DNA of 64,000 nt from NCBI GenBank assembly GCA_028534125.1, contig CM052818.1, positions 33,234,001-33,298,000 of the forward strand, written 5' to 3'. Positions within the stretch are counted from its first letter, which is position 1. Every line of letters starts with the position of its first letter. The notes under the pieces were generated by a model. The model searched no databases and was not told the origin of the DNA. It saw nothing but the letters and a program-made list of their open reading frames with translations. This stretch comes from Lama glama. Taxonomy: Eukaryota. This document shows positions 13,193 through 25,540 of the stretch, in pieces. Made by a program: the position numbers and the translations under genes.

Positions 13193-13528
13193 CAGGGGTT
13201 GACAAACTTTTACAGTAATGGGCCAGGTAGTAAATATTGCTCACTTTGCAGCCGTAAAGTTTCTGTCGCAACAACTTGACTCTAACGCAGCAGCAGGAGA
13301 GCAGACACAGACAGTATGTAAACGAGTGTGCACTGCTCTGCTCCAATAACATTTTATTTATGGACCCTGGAATGTGAATTTCTGAGAACTTTTACAAGTC
13401 ACAAAATATTATTCTTTAAATATTTTTCTAACCATTTAAAACATGTTGGCAGCATTCTTAGCTCTCGGGCCATACAAAGCAGGCTGCAGGCCAGATCTAG
13501 CCAGTGGGCAGCAGTTTGCTGACTCTTG
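13193..13528. mobile_element. MER58-type hAT-Charlie element
   Basis: TIRs caggggttgacaaact / agtttgctgactcttg; degenerate 8-bp TSD gtccagga (13185-13192) / atctagga (13529-13536). Confidence 0.8.
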
Positions 13529-14293
13529 ATCTAGGATTATTGGATCCCTTGACAAGTCTATGGATGCTGAAGGCAGAAAGAATATTTAGGAAGGAATATG
13601 GGTAAAAGATCTAGATTAGATTAGTCAACACGAAAAACAAGCTCTTTGGTCAAATCTCTTAGAAACTATATTCAATCAACAGGTAAACCACAAGCATTAG
13701 CCTTTTTCAGGCAACGATGAGGTGAACATTAGGCAACTCGTGGACTGTGGGAGTTCTCATAATGATATTGGATTAGAACTGTGCAAGAGAGAGCTATTTA
13801 TATGATTTCGAATGACGCTTGAGGCATATTCTGGTGCTTTTACTTCTATGCTAGGTGAAAAAGCTGCCTACAAAAGCCTTCCTCCCACCCAAAATACTAG
13901 CTGTTCACTGGTGACTGATCCTCAGAAATATTAAGATGAATCATATATGCTCTTTTCACGGTGCAAAAAGAGATAATTTTAAAACTCAGAAAATGTCACT
14001 TTGGGTAGTCACAAACCACACAACAGAAGAGCTGCCCAGCCTGAAAATTGTAAATAAATAAAATCCTGCTCCTGCATAAGAAAACTTTTTCCTCATTTAG
14101 ATTCCAATGCTGTCCTCTGACTCAGCTCCAGGTTGGCAGGTGTTAAAATGTGCTGGTTCCCAGGATCTGATGATGGAGGCCGCCTTTGTTCTCCAGGCCT
14201 CTCCCCCGGGGCCCTCCCAGGTTAAACCTCTGTTCCTGGTAACCTGCAGTGCCCAGCCTTGACTTTCTGAAGGTGCCTCTAAGGGCAGCTCAT

Positions 14294-14335
14294 TGCCTCC
14301 CTGCCTCCCTGCCTCCCTGCCTCCCTGCCTCCTGC
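14294..14335. repeat. (TGCCTCCC) x ~5 tandem repeat
   Basis: Four perfect 8-mers plus a partial copy, seen directly. Confidence 0.9.
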
Positions 14336-17300
14336 ACTTGGCCTGGGTCGTCCCTGAAAGGCGCCAGCTGACAGCGGCTCAGTCTTTACCCAGGGGTAGG
14401 GAAAGGACTCCCCGTGCTTCTTTCTTCTTCCTGCTTGGAGAGGCAGGTATTTCTGTCTTTGATCCATAAGCTCTGTTTTCTTTCTCTTGTTCACTCCCTA
14501 TCTCCCCCCTCCCCTGCCCTTTTTTGCAACTTCATCATTTTTCCACATTGCACCGTTTGGCACAGGAGAAGGAGGGAACCACATCAAATAAAGGAATGCA
14601 ACCACAAAAGCTGCCTTGAGAAACAAGGCCCCAGATTCTTCTTCTTTTTTTTTTTTTTTTTGCCCATTTACCGTTTTTGGACTTGTTCTCCCATAATCAA
14701 ATCCTCCCTATCGTGTTAACAATGTGGTGGTGTGTCAATACATTGGAATTCTGCTTCAATCAGCAACCCAGAGCTTAATAGGAAAATGAAGCAACAAAAT
14801 GTTGGTCTTACTGTTAACCTTAGGCTAGGCCTGTACTTAGGATGGGATGTCGGCTTCTTGATGGTACGCGGGCCAAACCTTCAAAGTTTTGTGAGAGCTC
14901 AGGGTGGTCAGCAGAGGCCGAAAGCATTATTTAGGCGTGCTTCTGCTGTTACCAGAGGGGAAATCACACCCAGGCCCACTGCCTGAAGCACACAGCACCC
15001 TGAATCTGAGCACGCTGGAGAAAGTTCAGACTGCATCTGCGTGCAGACATTTAAAAGACACACGCAGCTCATGGGCAGCAATTCCTGGGTCTGGCTTGGG
15101 AACGCTCCTGATGTCCATACTTATCACAAAAGGGCTTATGTAAAGTTAAAGTGGTTCTTAAAAAAATGAAAAACATGTGTCCACCATGCAAGCCATTCAG
15201 AGACAACACTGAGGTGTCAACGATTCCAAAATACTTGGAAGTCGCTACTCCATGTCCTTAGGATATGTATCTTACTGTTAATGTTAACAGCTGGCTAACA
15301 CTCATCCTTAATGAAAACATCAGCTAGAGGCTGAGCACTTTTGATGTGGTGATTTTATCTTTTGTGACTAACTTGGTAAACTAAACTGCTCATGGCATGA
15401 AGGTAAGTGATTTTGTTGTTGTTTTGGTTTGGTTCACAGGGAGCAGTCACATGCGATTTTGGTTAATGTTGGCAATTAGCCTGTTCTTGAACATCACCTG
15501 TAGCATATATGAGTGGTCACCAGGCACGCCACCAGGCAGTGACTGACCACCTTCATCTGTCCTGGTGCACCCGAGTAATGTGATACCCTCAGAGGTTCTC
15601 TCTTCTCCCATCCCTGTTCTAGGGAAAACGTATAATTGAAAAAAAAAAATCCTGTAGCTGGTTCTGATATGGACCAATAGCATAGGTTTTCAACCGCCCC
15701 GCAGCAGCTTAAGAATCGCCATATCAAACATTCAGAAGGCAGAGTCTTTTATCCTTAGGAGTTAAAGACCTTCTCAGCTAATAGGCAAAACTGTTGGTCT
15801 TCCAATTTTGGCAACATTCAGTCTGGCCCCATCTCTACTTTAAGGAGCCAAATCACCCATGCCATTCCAGCTGCCCACTGATCTTCCAGCCCCTCCTCCC
15901 CACCACACCACCTCGGCTGCCCATCAGGACAGAGTACGACCAGCTCAAGGCAGTATGTAATGAAGGGAAGTGGGGACGGCAGGCAGGTGCTTGATTACAA
16001 GCACCGCCTCTGCTCACATTCTGCCCCTGCAGCTGAGGTGCTTGGCCCTGGTGCCAGCTTCTGCCCTGGGAAATGTCCACAAACCTGAGTACAAGCTGTC
16101 ATCCTTCTACTGAAATGGCACGATGCTGGATCGGGGCGCTGCTCCCCTCCGTAGAACCTCCACCCCTCCACGCAGCGTGCTCCAGAACCCACCAGCGTGC
16201 TCCTGGAAAGCAGGAGGAGCCGCTTTCTGGAGACACTGGGGAGAGGGAATTGAGGGAAAAGACAATGAAAAAGGACACCAGGGGATTTGAAGAGGTGAGG
16301 GATCAAGGACGTTATAAGCATAGTCACAGCTTTAACCAAAATAACATGTATTCGGCAGATTCCTGTCATTTCAAAAACATTTTATCTTACTAACTAAATT
16401 GTTTACTTACTAATGAAGGAAGCAGGAGTTCAGTTCTGTTAATATCCATCTGTGCAAAATGAAGCCTCTTTCTGAGTATCATAATTGATTAACCTGTATG
16501 TTTTGCTTAAAAAAAACTTTCATCGGTTTAAATACTATTTTTATCAATTTATCAACTTCTTTAAAATAGATGATTCAAACAGCCACAACAGTAAGCACAG
16601 GTCTACACACTCCCAGACAAAGACTGCAGGGCAGGCCTGAGAAGCAGCAGCAGGAGGCCAGGGAGGAGTGAACCGGTCCAGGCAGCTCAGGGAAATCTGT
16701 GTTTGCAGGGAACGCGATAACCCCAGAAGGCATATGTGTTTGCTTCCTTTGACCCAGTGGCACAAGATGCAATAGAAGGAGAGAGGTTTAATCAGGAAGG
16801 AAACAAGTTTTGGTGAATGTAGACAGGACAATGCCAATTTAGCTAGTCAAAGAGAACTGAGGTTGGTCTAATAATTTCTTTGCAACTCACTTTCTTGGTT
16901 GCTTCAGAATTTTGATTACTACTATTTTTGTAAGCTTTTAAAAACCCAAACACTGAAGATTTACTAACAGAGCAATATTAATAGCCCAGAGGGGAACAGC
17001 AACACAACTTATTTACAAAGTGGTATGGCTGAACCAAAGCTACTGAATCTGGACCCTGTGGGATGTGATTGGGTCCATATTGCATCAGTGGTGTCAATTT
17101 CACCCAGATTCACACAGAGGAACATGCTGAATGGACCTCTTGATGTAAGGATTCAGTTTAAGACACTCTTTAACTTTTAGAAGTCCTGAATACTCTCCAT
17201 AAATAATAACCCCATATATTTCTAGTCTTTGGGGAGAAAGGGACAGAGGGACCCACAACTCTGAGGCCACCTGGCAAACCCTGAGCATCAAAGCATGCAG

Positions 17301-18224
17301 GACCCAGTGGTCCATCACAGAGCTTCCAGCCCATCAGGAGTGGGCTGGGCTCACATCAGCACCTCTTTTTCCCAGACAGATGGAGACCACTTCTCATATA
17401 GGCTATGGCAAACTCAAGACAACTCGCTTTTCTGAGTACTTTCTCATTTTACTAGGAACTAACATGGGCTCAGGGTCTCTTCCGAGCAAAGGAAGCCCTT
17501 ACGTTCACTTGCATCCTATCCTCAGAGTATTAAGCCGCAGCCGTGCAAATTCCCTGAGCAGCAAACACACCAACTGTCCTCTAGACTCAACAGACGGATT
17601 GGGCATATTCGGAGAGACTAAAGCCTCCTCAGAAGGGGGAGAACTGAAGCCAAATCCTAGAGAATAAATAACAAGTTCATATGGGTAGGACCAAATCATA
17701 AACATAAACAACACATTTCAAACAACTGAAGGATCTGTCAGCTGTGGAGCTGAACACATTAGAGTGGAATCTTCCACTGCAGTACCACGTAGCAACTAGA
17801 AAGACAGTGACCCAAAGGCCCCGAGTTAGTGAACTGGCCACGAGAGGTTGTTAAAGGGAAAAGCAAGTCACAGAACAGTAGGTAACAGATCATTCTCTGC
17901 CTGTGGCAAAGCAGCGGCAACACAACAAAACCCCAGCTGAGCCTACGGGGACAACACCGTGAAAATAGTACGTCTCCCTACTTTGCAGTTCCCAGTAAAT
18001 AGCATTTCCCCTCTTTTCACTGAGGTGAAGACTTGGCGCTCACTGTCGTAAGGAAGAGGAGGGTACCACCCGGGTCAGGGAAGCCCCAGCATAGGGAAGA
18101 GGATGGAGACAGCATATCCCCTGGATGGGAATGGAAGGAAACAGAGGCAGAAAGGGGAGAGAACCAGAGAAGACAGGGTCTGCCCGGTGGCTCAGAGATC
18201 TTCCTTGGGCCTCACTGTGTGTGG

Positions 18225-18288
18225 GGAGAGAGAGATGGGGAGAGAGAGAAAGAGAGTAAGAGAGAGAGAGGGAGAGGGAGAGAGAGAG
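18225..18288. repeat. GA-rich low-complexity repeat
   Basis: gagagagagatggggagagagagaaagagagtaagagagagagagggagagggagagagag. Confidence 0.85.
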
Positions 18289-18744
18289 GCAGTGGTGGTG
18301 AAAGGACAGAAGTTCTAGATTAACTGAGGAAACTCCAAGTGGAGAGGGGTTTTTATTCCACTTTCCACTTGAGGATGAGGAGATCATGTTGCAGAGCAAC
18401 CCCCAGACTACGGGGGAGCTACAGTGGGACACAAGTAGGAATTTTACCCTGTACACTTGGTTCTTTGCTGGTACTGAAGGTTACAGTTGGCATGTATTAC
18501 CTTTGTAGGGGAGGTGGGGAGGAACCAGGTATAAAAAGAAGTAAATGCAAAAAACAGAAGGTACTGAACTTGGCAAGTGAGGGTGGAACGGGTGGGAAAG
18601 GCAAGGACCCAATGAATGAATGGAGAGGGAGCATCTGAGTGGCGCGCAGAGCATTTCAGTTTGGTTCTGGGCATGGGAACCTAAAATTCCCAAGGTCTTT
18701 GGGACTCCATATTATTGATCGGAATTCTACTACTATTTATAAGA

Positions 18745-18970
18745 GCAGTAATAACAGCTAACACATATTGAACACTTTCCGTGAGCCAGGCCTTGTATTG
18801 AGAGCTTTCATTTACAATGTTTATTTAATCCTTACAAAAGCCCTGTAAGGTTGATATATTTCACAGATAAACAGTAAGGCTTGGTAGGTTAAGTAAGTGA
18901 CTCAATTACTGCATCCAGTAAATCACAGGCACCGGACTGAGCCAGGCCATTTAATTCCACATTTCACCAC
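18745..18970 (-). mobile_element. MIR SINE
   Basis: aataacagctaacacatattgaacact ... atttaatccttacaaaagccctgtaagg ... ggttaagtaagtgac. Confidence 0.7.
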
Positions 18971-19702
18971 TGCCCTGCCTCCTACCACAGACCATCTGGC
19001 TGTGGAGCCTTAGCAATCACTTAGCTTTTCTGTTGTCCAGTTTCCTTATACGCCCAAGGAGGATGGGACCAACTAACTCGCAAATCTTTCAGTTCTGTCA
19101 TTCTACTCTGGTCACACGCAGTAGTGTAGACAGACAGGTAGATATCTGGATCCAGAAAACTAGGAGTATTTCTTATTAAAGAAAGCTTCACAAGAAATCC
19201 CATAACACCTGAAAGATGCACTCTTACTGTATAAACTTTGCTGGCACAAAATTAAGAAAGAGTGACTAGCTGGTGAAAGCATGTTATTCAGAAGCAGGAG
19301 ATCTAGGTTTTGTAAAAAGGGCAGGTACTAAATTCAGGAAGCAGGAACACTGAGCCATGACTGTCCAGTATGATTTTTTCTCAGCAGCCCTGGGTGCACT
19401 GAAGCCCCCACAGCCGGGAGTATCACAGTTTTATTTTGCAACAGGGATACTTGGACACGAAGTCCTACCTGCCTGCTTGGCTCCTCAATGGATTGTCCAA
19501 CCCTTCGAGCACTGTTGTCAAGGCCCTATTATTACTGTGTATTCTTCTTAGCTCCACTCCTGACTACAAGTGTCGTCCTTTTAACTAAACATGAAACAAT
19601 CTCTCACTGGACAGTTTCTTTGCTTCTAAACCTCTGCCTGATGCTTTGTCTGATTAAATAGAAGTAAGCTCCCAGCACAAAGCTTGAACAAGGATGGCCA
19701 TA

Positions 19703-20306
19703 TGCGGTAGGCAGAATAAGGGCTCCCCAACAATGCCCAAGCCCTAAGCACCAGCACCTGTGAACATGTTACCTCATGGGGCAAAAGAGACTCGTAATGT
19801 GATGAAGGTTAAAGGACATCGACACAATTATCCTGGATTATCTAAGCGGGCTCAGTCTAATCACAGGAGTCCTTAAAAGTAGAACAGGTAACAGAAGAGA
19901 AGGTAAGAGAGATGTGACAACAGAAGAAGAGACAGAAAAGATCTGAAATGTGAGAGGGACTGGATCTGCTGTTGTTGTTTTGAAGAAGGAGGAAGAGGCT
20001 GTGAACAAACGGATGCAGGTGGCCCCTGAAAGCTGGGGAAGGTCACCTGCTGATCTCCAGCAAGGACATGGATGTCAGCTCTGTGACTGCAAGGAACTGG
20101 ATTCTTCCGACAACCCAAGTGAGCAAGGGAATTGATTCTCCACTAGGGTCTCCAAAAAGCAATGCAGCCTGCTAGCATGTTGATTTTTGCCCAGTAAGAA
20201 CTGTACTGGACTTGTGATCCACAGAGCTGTAAGACAATACATTTGTATTGTTTTAAGCTACTAAATTTGTGGCAATTCATTACAGCAGCAATAGAAATCT
20301 AATACA
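19703..20306 (+). mobile_element. MaLR solo LTR (MLT1D/E-like)
   Basis: 5' tgcggtaggcagaataagggctcccc ... tgtgaacatgttacc; 3' ttttaagctactaaatttgtggcaattcattacagcagcaatagaaatctaataca. Confidence 0.85.
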
Positions 20307-20399
20307 GCACTCAAAATACAACTGTTCTTTAAAGTAAATATGATGAGATGAAGTTATCTTTCTGTATGTAATAAGATAAATAATGATAGTAATGGCATA

Positions 20400-21345
20400 T
20401 GTCACACTGAATAAAATAGAATCATTAAGTCCTTTATTGATAGATAAATGGATAAATAAATGAGGAAAGCTCTTCCGTACAGTAGAAAGACAACTAATAA
20501 ATGTAGAAGGAAAGGTGATGTTAGAAAATCATCAATGGATGTTAAAACTAGCGGGTTAAAGTCTGATGAGGATGTTTACAGTCTCAATATACGTCCCCAT
20601 CAATTTCTTACTAATCACAAAGAGAAAATTAGTAACATTACAGTGAAGAAATCTTGTGGACATCACCTTAACCAAACAATTGAAGTTAACATCACCAATC
20701 TTGGGACAAAATGACTTCACGTGCATCTGGTATGATGCACTCAGAATACACATTGTGTCTGCACACTGCTGCCAAAATTCATTATCTGAATCTAACCATG
20801 AGGAAGTAGCAAATGAACCCAAACTGAGGAACAAAATAACTGGCCTTTACTCTTCAAAACTGTTAAGGTCAAGAAAGATAAAGACAGTCTGAGAAACCAT
20901 TCCAGACTAAGGAAAATAAAGAGACATGATAACTAAAGGCAACATGTGATCCTGGATTGGATCCAGGACCAGGGTGAAAAATAGCTAAGAGGGATATTAT
21001 TGGAACAACTGACAAAGTTAGAATATGGACTGTGGATTAGATAATAGCACTGTGTCAATGATACATTTCCTGATTTGATGACTGCACTGTGTCTACATAA
21101 GACAATGCCCGTGATCTTAGGAAATACATTCTGAAGCATGTAGAGGGTAAAGTCCATGTCCCCAACTTACTTTCAAAGGGCTGAGTTAAAAACTAATCAT
21201 AGCATATAAATAAAAATACCGAGTATAATAAGACAAACAGGGAAAATGTAAACAATTGGGGAAACTGGGTAAAAGATATAAGGCAGTTCCTCATTCTATT
21301 CTTGTAACTTGTTTTCTCTTTTTAAATACCAACATAAAAAACTTT
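20400..21345 (+). mobile_element. L1MC/L1ME 3' UTR fragment
   Basis: aactaaaggcaacatgtgatcctggattggatcc ... gaatatggactgtggattagataatag, characteristic of the L1MC/ME 3' UTR. Confidence 0.75.
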
Positions 21346-21679
21346 TTCCCAAGCCATGTAAATTATCCTTTCAATTCTTATGTTTATATTAGATCCACTG
21401 TTATATGACACACAAAGAGAATTCTAGGGAAAGAAAATCTGAGTTCAGTGAGTTTAATTTTCTCTAAGGTAATACAAAATATAACTGGCTAGGTGATTTT
21501 TCAGTTAATGTTAATATGCTATTTAGTACCTTGAATAATCTGAACAATAATAGTATCTGTGGGCTGAACATAAGTAATTTATTTTTAGTAGGAAAGTCAG
21601 CATCCCAAATAAAAGCATGGAGATATATAACATGATGTGAAATAAAAACTTTTTTAAAAAATGAGGAGGTTAAGAGCCC

Positions 21680-21890
21680 TTGGTCTGAAGTTGATGGGCT
21701 CAAGGATTTGAAATCCAATTTGGCCACTTAGTATATTGATCTTAGGGCTAGGTGTTTAAAACTTTCCTAAACCTCAGTTTTGCTCATCTGTAAAATGGGG
21801 GTAATAGTAAAGCTCACAGGATTATTGTGAAAAGTAAATTAAAGACTCCTGTGCCTCACATATACTTTTAAATGTTATTTATTATTATCA
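21680..21890 (+). mobile_element. MIR SINE
   Basis: aaacctcagttttgctcatctgtaaaatgggggtaatagta core. Confidence 0.75.
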
Positions 21891-22534
21891 TCATTGAGTT
21901 CAAATACTTCCCATACTTGTCTGCTTCTTTTACAAGAAAGAGAATCAACATTCAAACCCAAATAAAAGATAATTTCATTTAGTGGGTATCTACTGTCAAA
22001 TGTTTGAAAAGTCACACTTTCTAACGAACTTCGAAAACCAGCTTACCCTGGAGGAAACTGCAGTTAAAAGTTCTTTTTAAACTTTCTAGGTCACTGGTCT
22101 AACTGGCCCCGCCTTCTCCCCTCTCCCCTGAGACTCTGCAACTTTAGACATGTTTCTTCAAATAGAGAATTGCCTAAGCACGTTAGGCTTTCTGCTTTTT
22201 CTACTTTAGGCCCATTGTTTACTTTCTTGAATCTGGAACCGGTCCCTGTATCTCTCAGGCTGAACTTGAACCACATCCTCAACACTCTGAGTTCCAACCA
22301 TCCAGCTTCCTTTACACTCCCCTCCAAGTGGTCCCTTCACTGCGGTTCCTCCTGACACTCAAAAATGCTCTCATTGAACAAATGATTTTGACTGCCACAC
22401 AGCACTTATTCACACAGATCATTCCTCACACATAAAGTGCCTTTTATTTCTGCCCAACTATATCCATCACCTTTTCCAAAATACTTAAATAAGTGCCAAT
22501 CCATGGAGCCTTTCTTGACAATCACTCTCCTCTT

Positions 22535-23030
22535 CACTCACTCACTCATTCACAGATTCATTTGACAAATATTAATAGACATGGCAGGGAATACAATAAT
22601 ATGGTTATTGCTCTTACAAAGTTTACGTTCTAATAAGGGATCAAATGCAATAATAAGATGATGATAAAATAATTGAAGAGAACAGAAAACACAAAGAAGG
22701 AAATAAAATATCATGATGTTACAGAGCATGACTATTTATATGGGAGGCAACTTCAGTGCAATCAAGGAGAGTTTCTCCAAGGAAATAAATTTAAACTGCT
22801 ACCCAAATGATAAAGTGGAGCCGAGCAAGTAAATGTCTGGAGGAAAAGAGTCTTCCTGGCAGAGGGAGCAGTGAGTGCAAAAGCTCAAAGGTGGGAGTGC
22901 TGGAAGCACAGAAAGAGGCCGATGAGTGTGGCCAAAGTGGATGGCACAGGGGAGGGGGAGAGAAGGTCAAGTGCGCTGGCAGGGGCCGCATTATGAACGC
23001 GATGGGAAGGTATATGGATTTTATTCTATG
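22535..23030 (-). mobile_element. L2 fragment
   Basis: cactcattcacagattcatttgacaaatatt ... ttcctggcagagggagcagtgagtgcaaaagctc, a reverse-oriented L2. Confidence 0.65.
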
Positions 23031-24394
23031 TCCAGGAGAGGGTTTTATATCATTTCTTCCTCCTTCTGGTAGATATTTCATGGGCTTCTATAAGCTCTCC
23101 ACACAAGAAGTGCTTAATAAATGCTTGCTAGGGACATACATCAGAAAAAAAGGTAGGAGGGAAATGGAGCCAATACTCTAAGATCATGGATGATGGTTTC
23201 TGTCACCAACACGTACCCGTGTTCCATTCACCTTAACTTCAGGCCCATGAGTCGGTTACAGCACATGAAAACAGAGTTGTCATGACAACTCTAATTAGAT
23301 GGTTTTCTTTCTAAGGAGGATGAACCAAGTACTGCACTTACAGGCTGGTTTGGTTCTTGAAAATACCTGAAAGAATTGCAGTCCTCTGCAAGTTGGAACA
23401 TTTAGTACAGGGAGTGCCCAATTTACCAATAAACTGGGTTCCCAAAGTTGGCTTGTTTGTGAGGAGTTTGGGGAATGCATTTTCCTTGAAAATAATGTTG
23501 TAAAGGATGTTAGACTCGGGCCAATCCATTAAAGCTTTTTTAAATTCATAAAGTGGCAGAAAATACTATAAATTTGCATTGAGAAAAATTATAGAAGTGA
23601 ATTCTTTTGAAATGCAGCAGTTAAACAAAAATTAAGTTGAAGCTTTTAATTTTTCTTGATACTGTCATTTGAGAAAAATAAGGTTTAATGAGAAGAAAAT
23701 AAGGAGAGAAGTAATAAATTTAGTAGAGATTCTATTAAGGAATTCTGGGCACTATCAAGGCTTTTAGACATTAATGTCACTAATTTTTTAAATTATTATT
23801 ACTTTGGATTCAGGCGTCTCTCAGCTTAGTCATAATCACGGTCATTTTTGGCTCAGAAACAGAAGAGTAAACCATAAGGAGGGGCTGTCCTGAGGCTGCT
23901 GGGCCATCTTGAGGTTCTCTAAGGAAACAGAAGAGATTAAAGAGAAAGATAGCCTAAAACACAAGTATGGGCACTATGAAAAACTGAAAAAGTAAAATGA
24001 GGGACAAAGGGAAAGAGGAAATTCCCATGAGAGTAGGCAAGAGTGTGTGTGCGCAGGGGAGGTGGGATAGGGTGGGGAAGAAACTGGCTCACCTTGGACA
24101 GCTTAATTGTTACAAAAACCAACGAAGGAAAGAGGAAGGAGAAAGGGAGAAAGAGGACAGGTATGAAGGAAAGGAGTGGGAAGATAAGGACCAAACCCTG
24201 ACTAGTCTTGGATGGATGGAAGACAAGGAAGTTTTCATTCTTGTAGTCAAATATATGGGATGTCTGATTAAATGGCACATTCTTCTAAGACTGGATCTGC
24301 ACTTAACACAACTCTGTTGCATCCTAAATGCCCAGCACAGTGCTCTGTATGTCAGAGTTTAATAAATTATTGTTAAACCTGTGAATGCTGCAAC

Positions 24395-24589
24395 AACAAC
24401 AACAACAGCTAGGACTTATTTAATGTCTGTTATGTGTTCATTATATATATAATCTCATTTAATCCTCACAACAATATGAGATAGTTACTAGCCCCATTTT
24501 ACGGATGAATAAACTGAGACAAGTAGTTTGCTCAAGGTCACACAAGCTAGTAAATGACGAAGGCTACATCAGAACAAAGTCTGATTCCA
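24395..24589 (-). mobile_element. MIR SINE interrupted by a younger SINE
   Basis: atctcatttaatcctcacaac ... cccattttacggatgaataaactgagac ... ttgctcaaggtcacacaagctagtaaatg; resumes after ~24732. Confidence 0.75.
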
Positions 24590-24731
24590 TTATTATTTTT
24601 TTTCTTAATTTTTGATGAGGGGAGGTCATTAGTTTTATTTATTTATTTATTTTAACAGAGATACTGGGGATTGAACCCAGGACCTCATGCACGCTAAACA
24701 CGCACTCTACCACTGAGCTATACCCTCCTCC
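24590..24731 (-). mobile_element. tRNA-derived camelid-type SINE (Vic-1-like)
   Basis: Minus strand: GGAGGAGGGTATAGCTCAGTGGTAGAGTG...GAGGTCCTGGGTTCAATCCCCAGTA with pol III A/B boxes and an (AAAT)n tail. 16-bp TSD acaaagtctgattcca (24574-24589) / acaaactctgattcca (24732-24747). Confidence 0.88.
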
Positions 24732-25036
24732 ACAAACTCTGATTCCAAAGTATTCCAAAGTACATTCTCTTAACTTCTCTGCTGTACACCTGCCTCAATA
24801 AATATCACAACAATGCTAAGAAAGGAAAGAACCTCAAAGGCCAGACCTTTAGCATGTGTCTGATCAATTCTTTTTAACATTCACAGGTATAGAATTAACA
24901 ATAGTGTGAATTCATATGCCAAACTGCTTTCTCTGGAATCTTCCTCTTCTTTAGATTAACATATTTTACCACTGGCAATATGAGGCCTACAATGAGTACT
25001 TGGGGAAGGTAGCACTTACAGGATAGACTACACTTG

Positions 25037-25540
25037 CCAAATCATATAAATATATCAATAGATTCAGAAAAAAAATGATAAAATCCAACAGACGTTCATG
25101 ATAAAAACTCTCAGCAAACTAAGGATAAAGGAGAACTTCCTCAATTTGATCAAGAACATCTATAAAAACCCTACAGCAAACATCATATTTAATGGTAAAA
25201 GACTGAATATGCTTCCCACCTAGGATCAGGAACAAGGCAAAAATGTCTGCTCTCACCACTCTTATTCAACATAGTACTGGAAGTCCTAAGCAACATAATA
25301 AGGCAAGACAATGAAATAAAAGGTATATATATAGATCAGAAAGGAAAAATAAAATTGTCCTTGTTTGCAGATGACATGATCATCTATGCAGAAAATCCCA
25401 AGGAATCTATAAAAAGCTCATAGAACTAACACACAAAATCAGGAAGGTTGTAGAACACAAGATTACCATACAAAAATTAAACATCCTACTATATACTAGC
25501 AACGAACATGTTAAAAGCACAATACCATTTATAATTGTGC
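25037..25540 (+). mobile_element. L1 ORF2 reverse-transcriptase fragment, degraded
   Basis: Encodes remnants such as [13 protein letters not shown] and [15 protein letters not shown] (ttgtttgcagatgacatgatcatctatgcagaaaatccc), with frameshifts. Confidence 0.9.

Noticed and set aside
24660..24731. tRNA-gene-like sequence (also at ~38705-38782 and ~42265-42340)
   Set aside because: Each has an AT-rich tail, two have TSDs, and the acceptor stems are degenerate: SINE heads, not tRNA genes.
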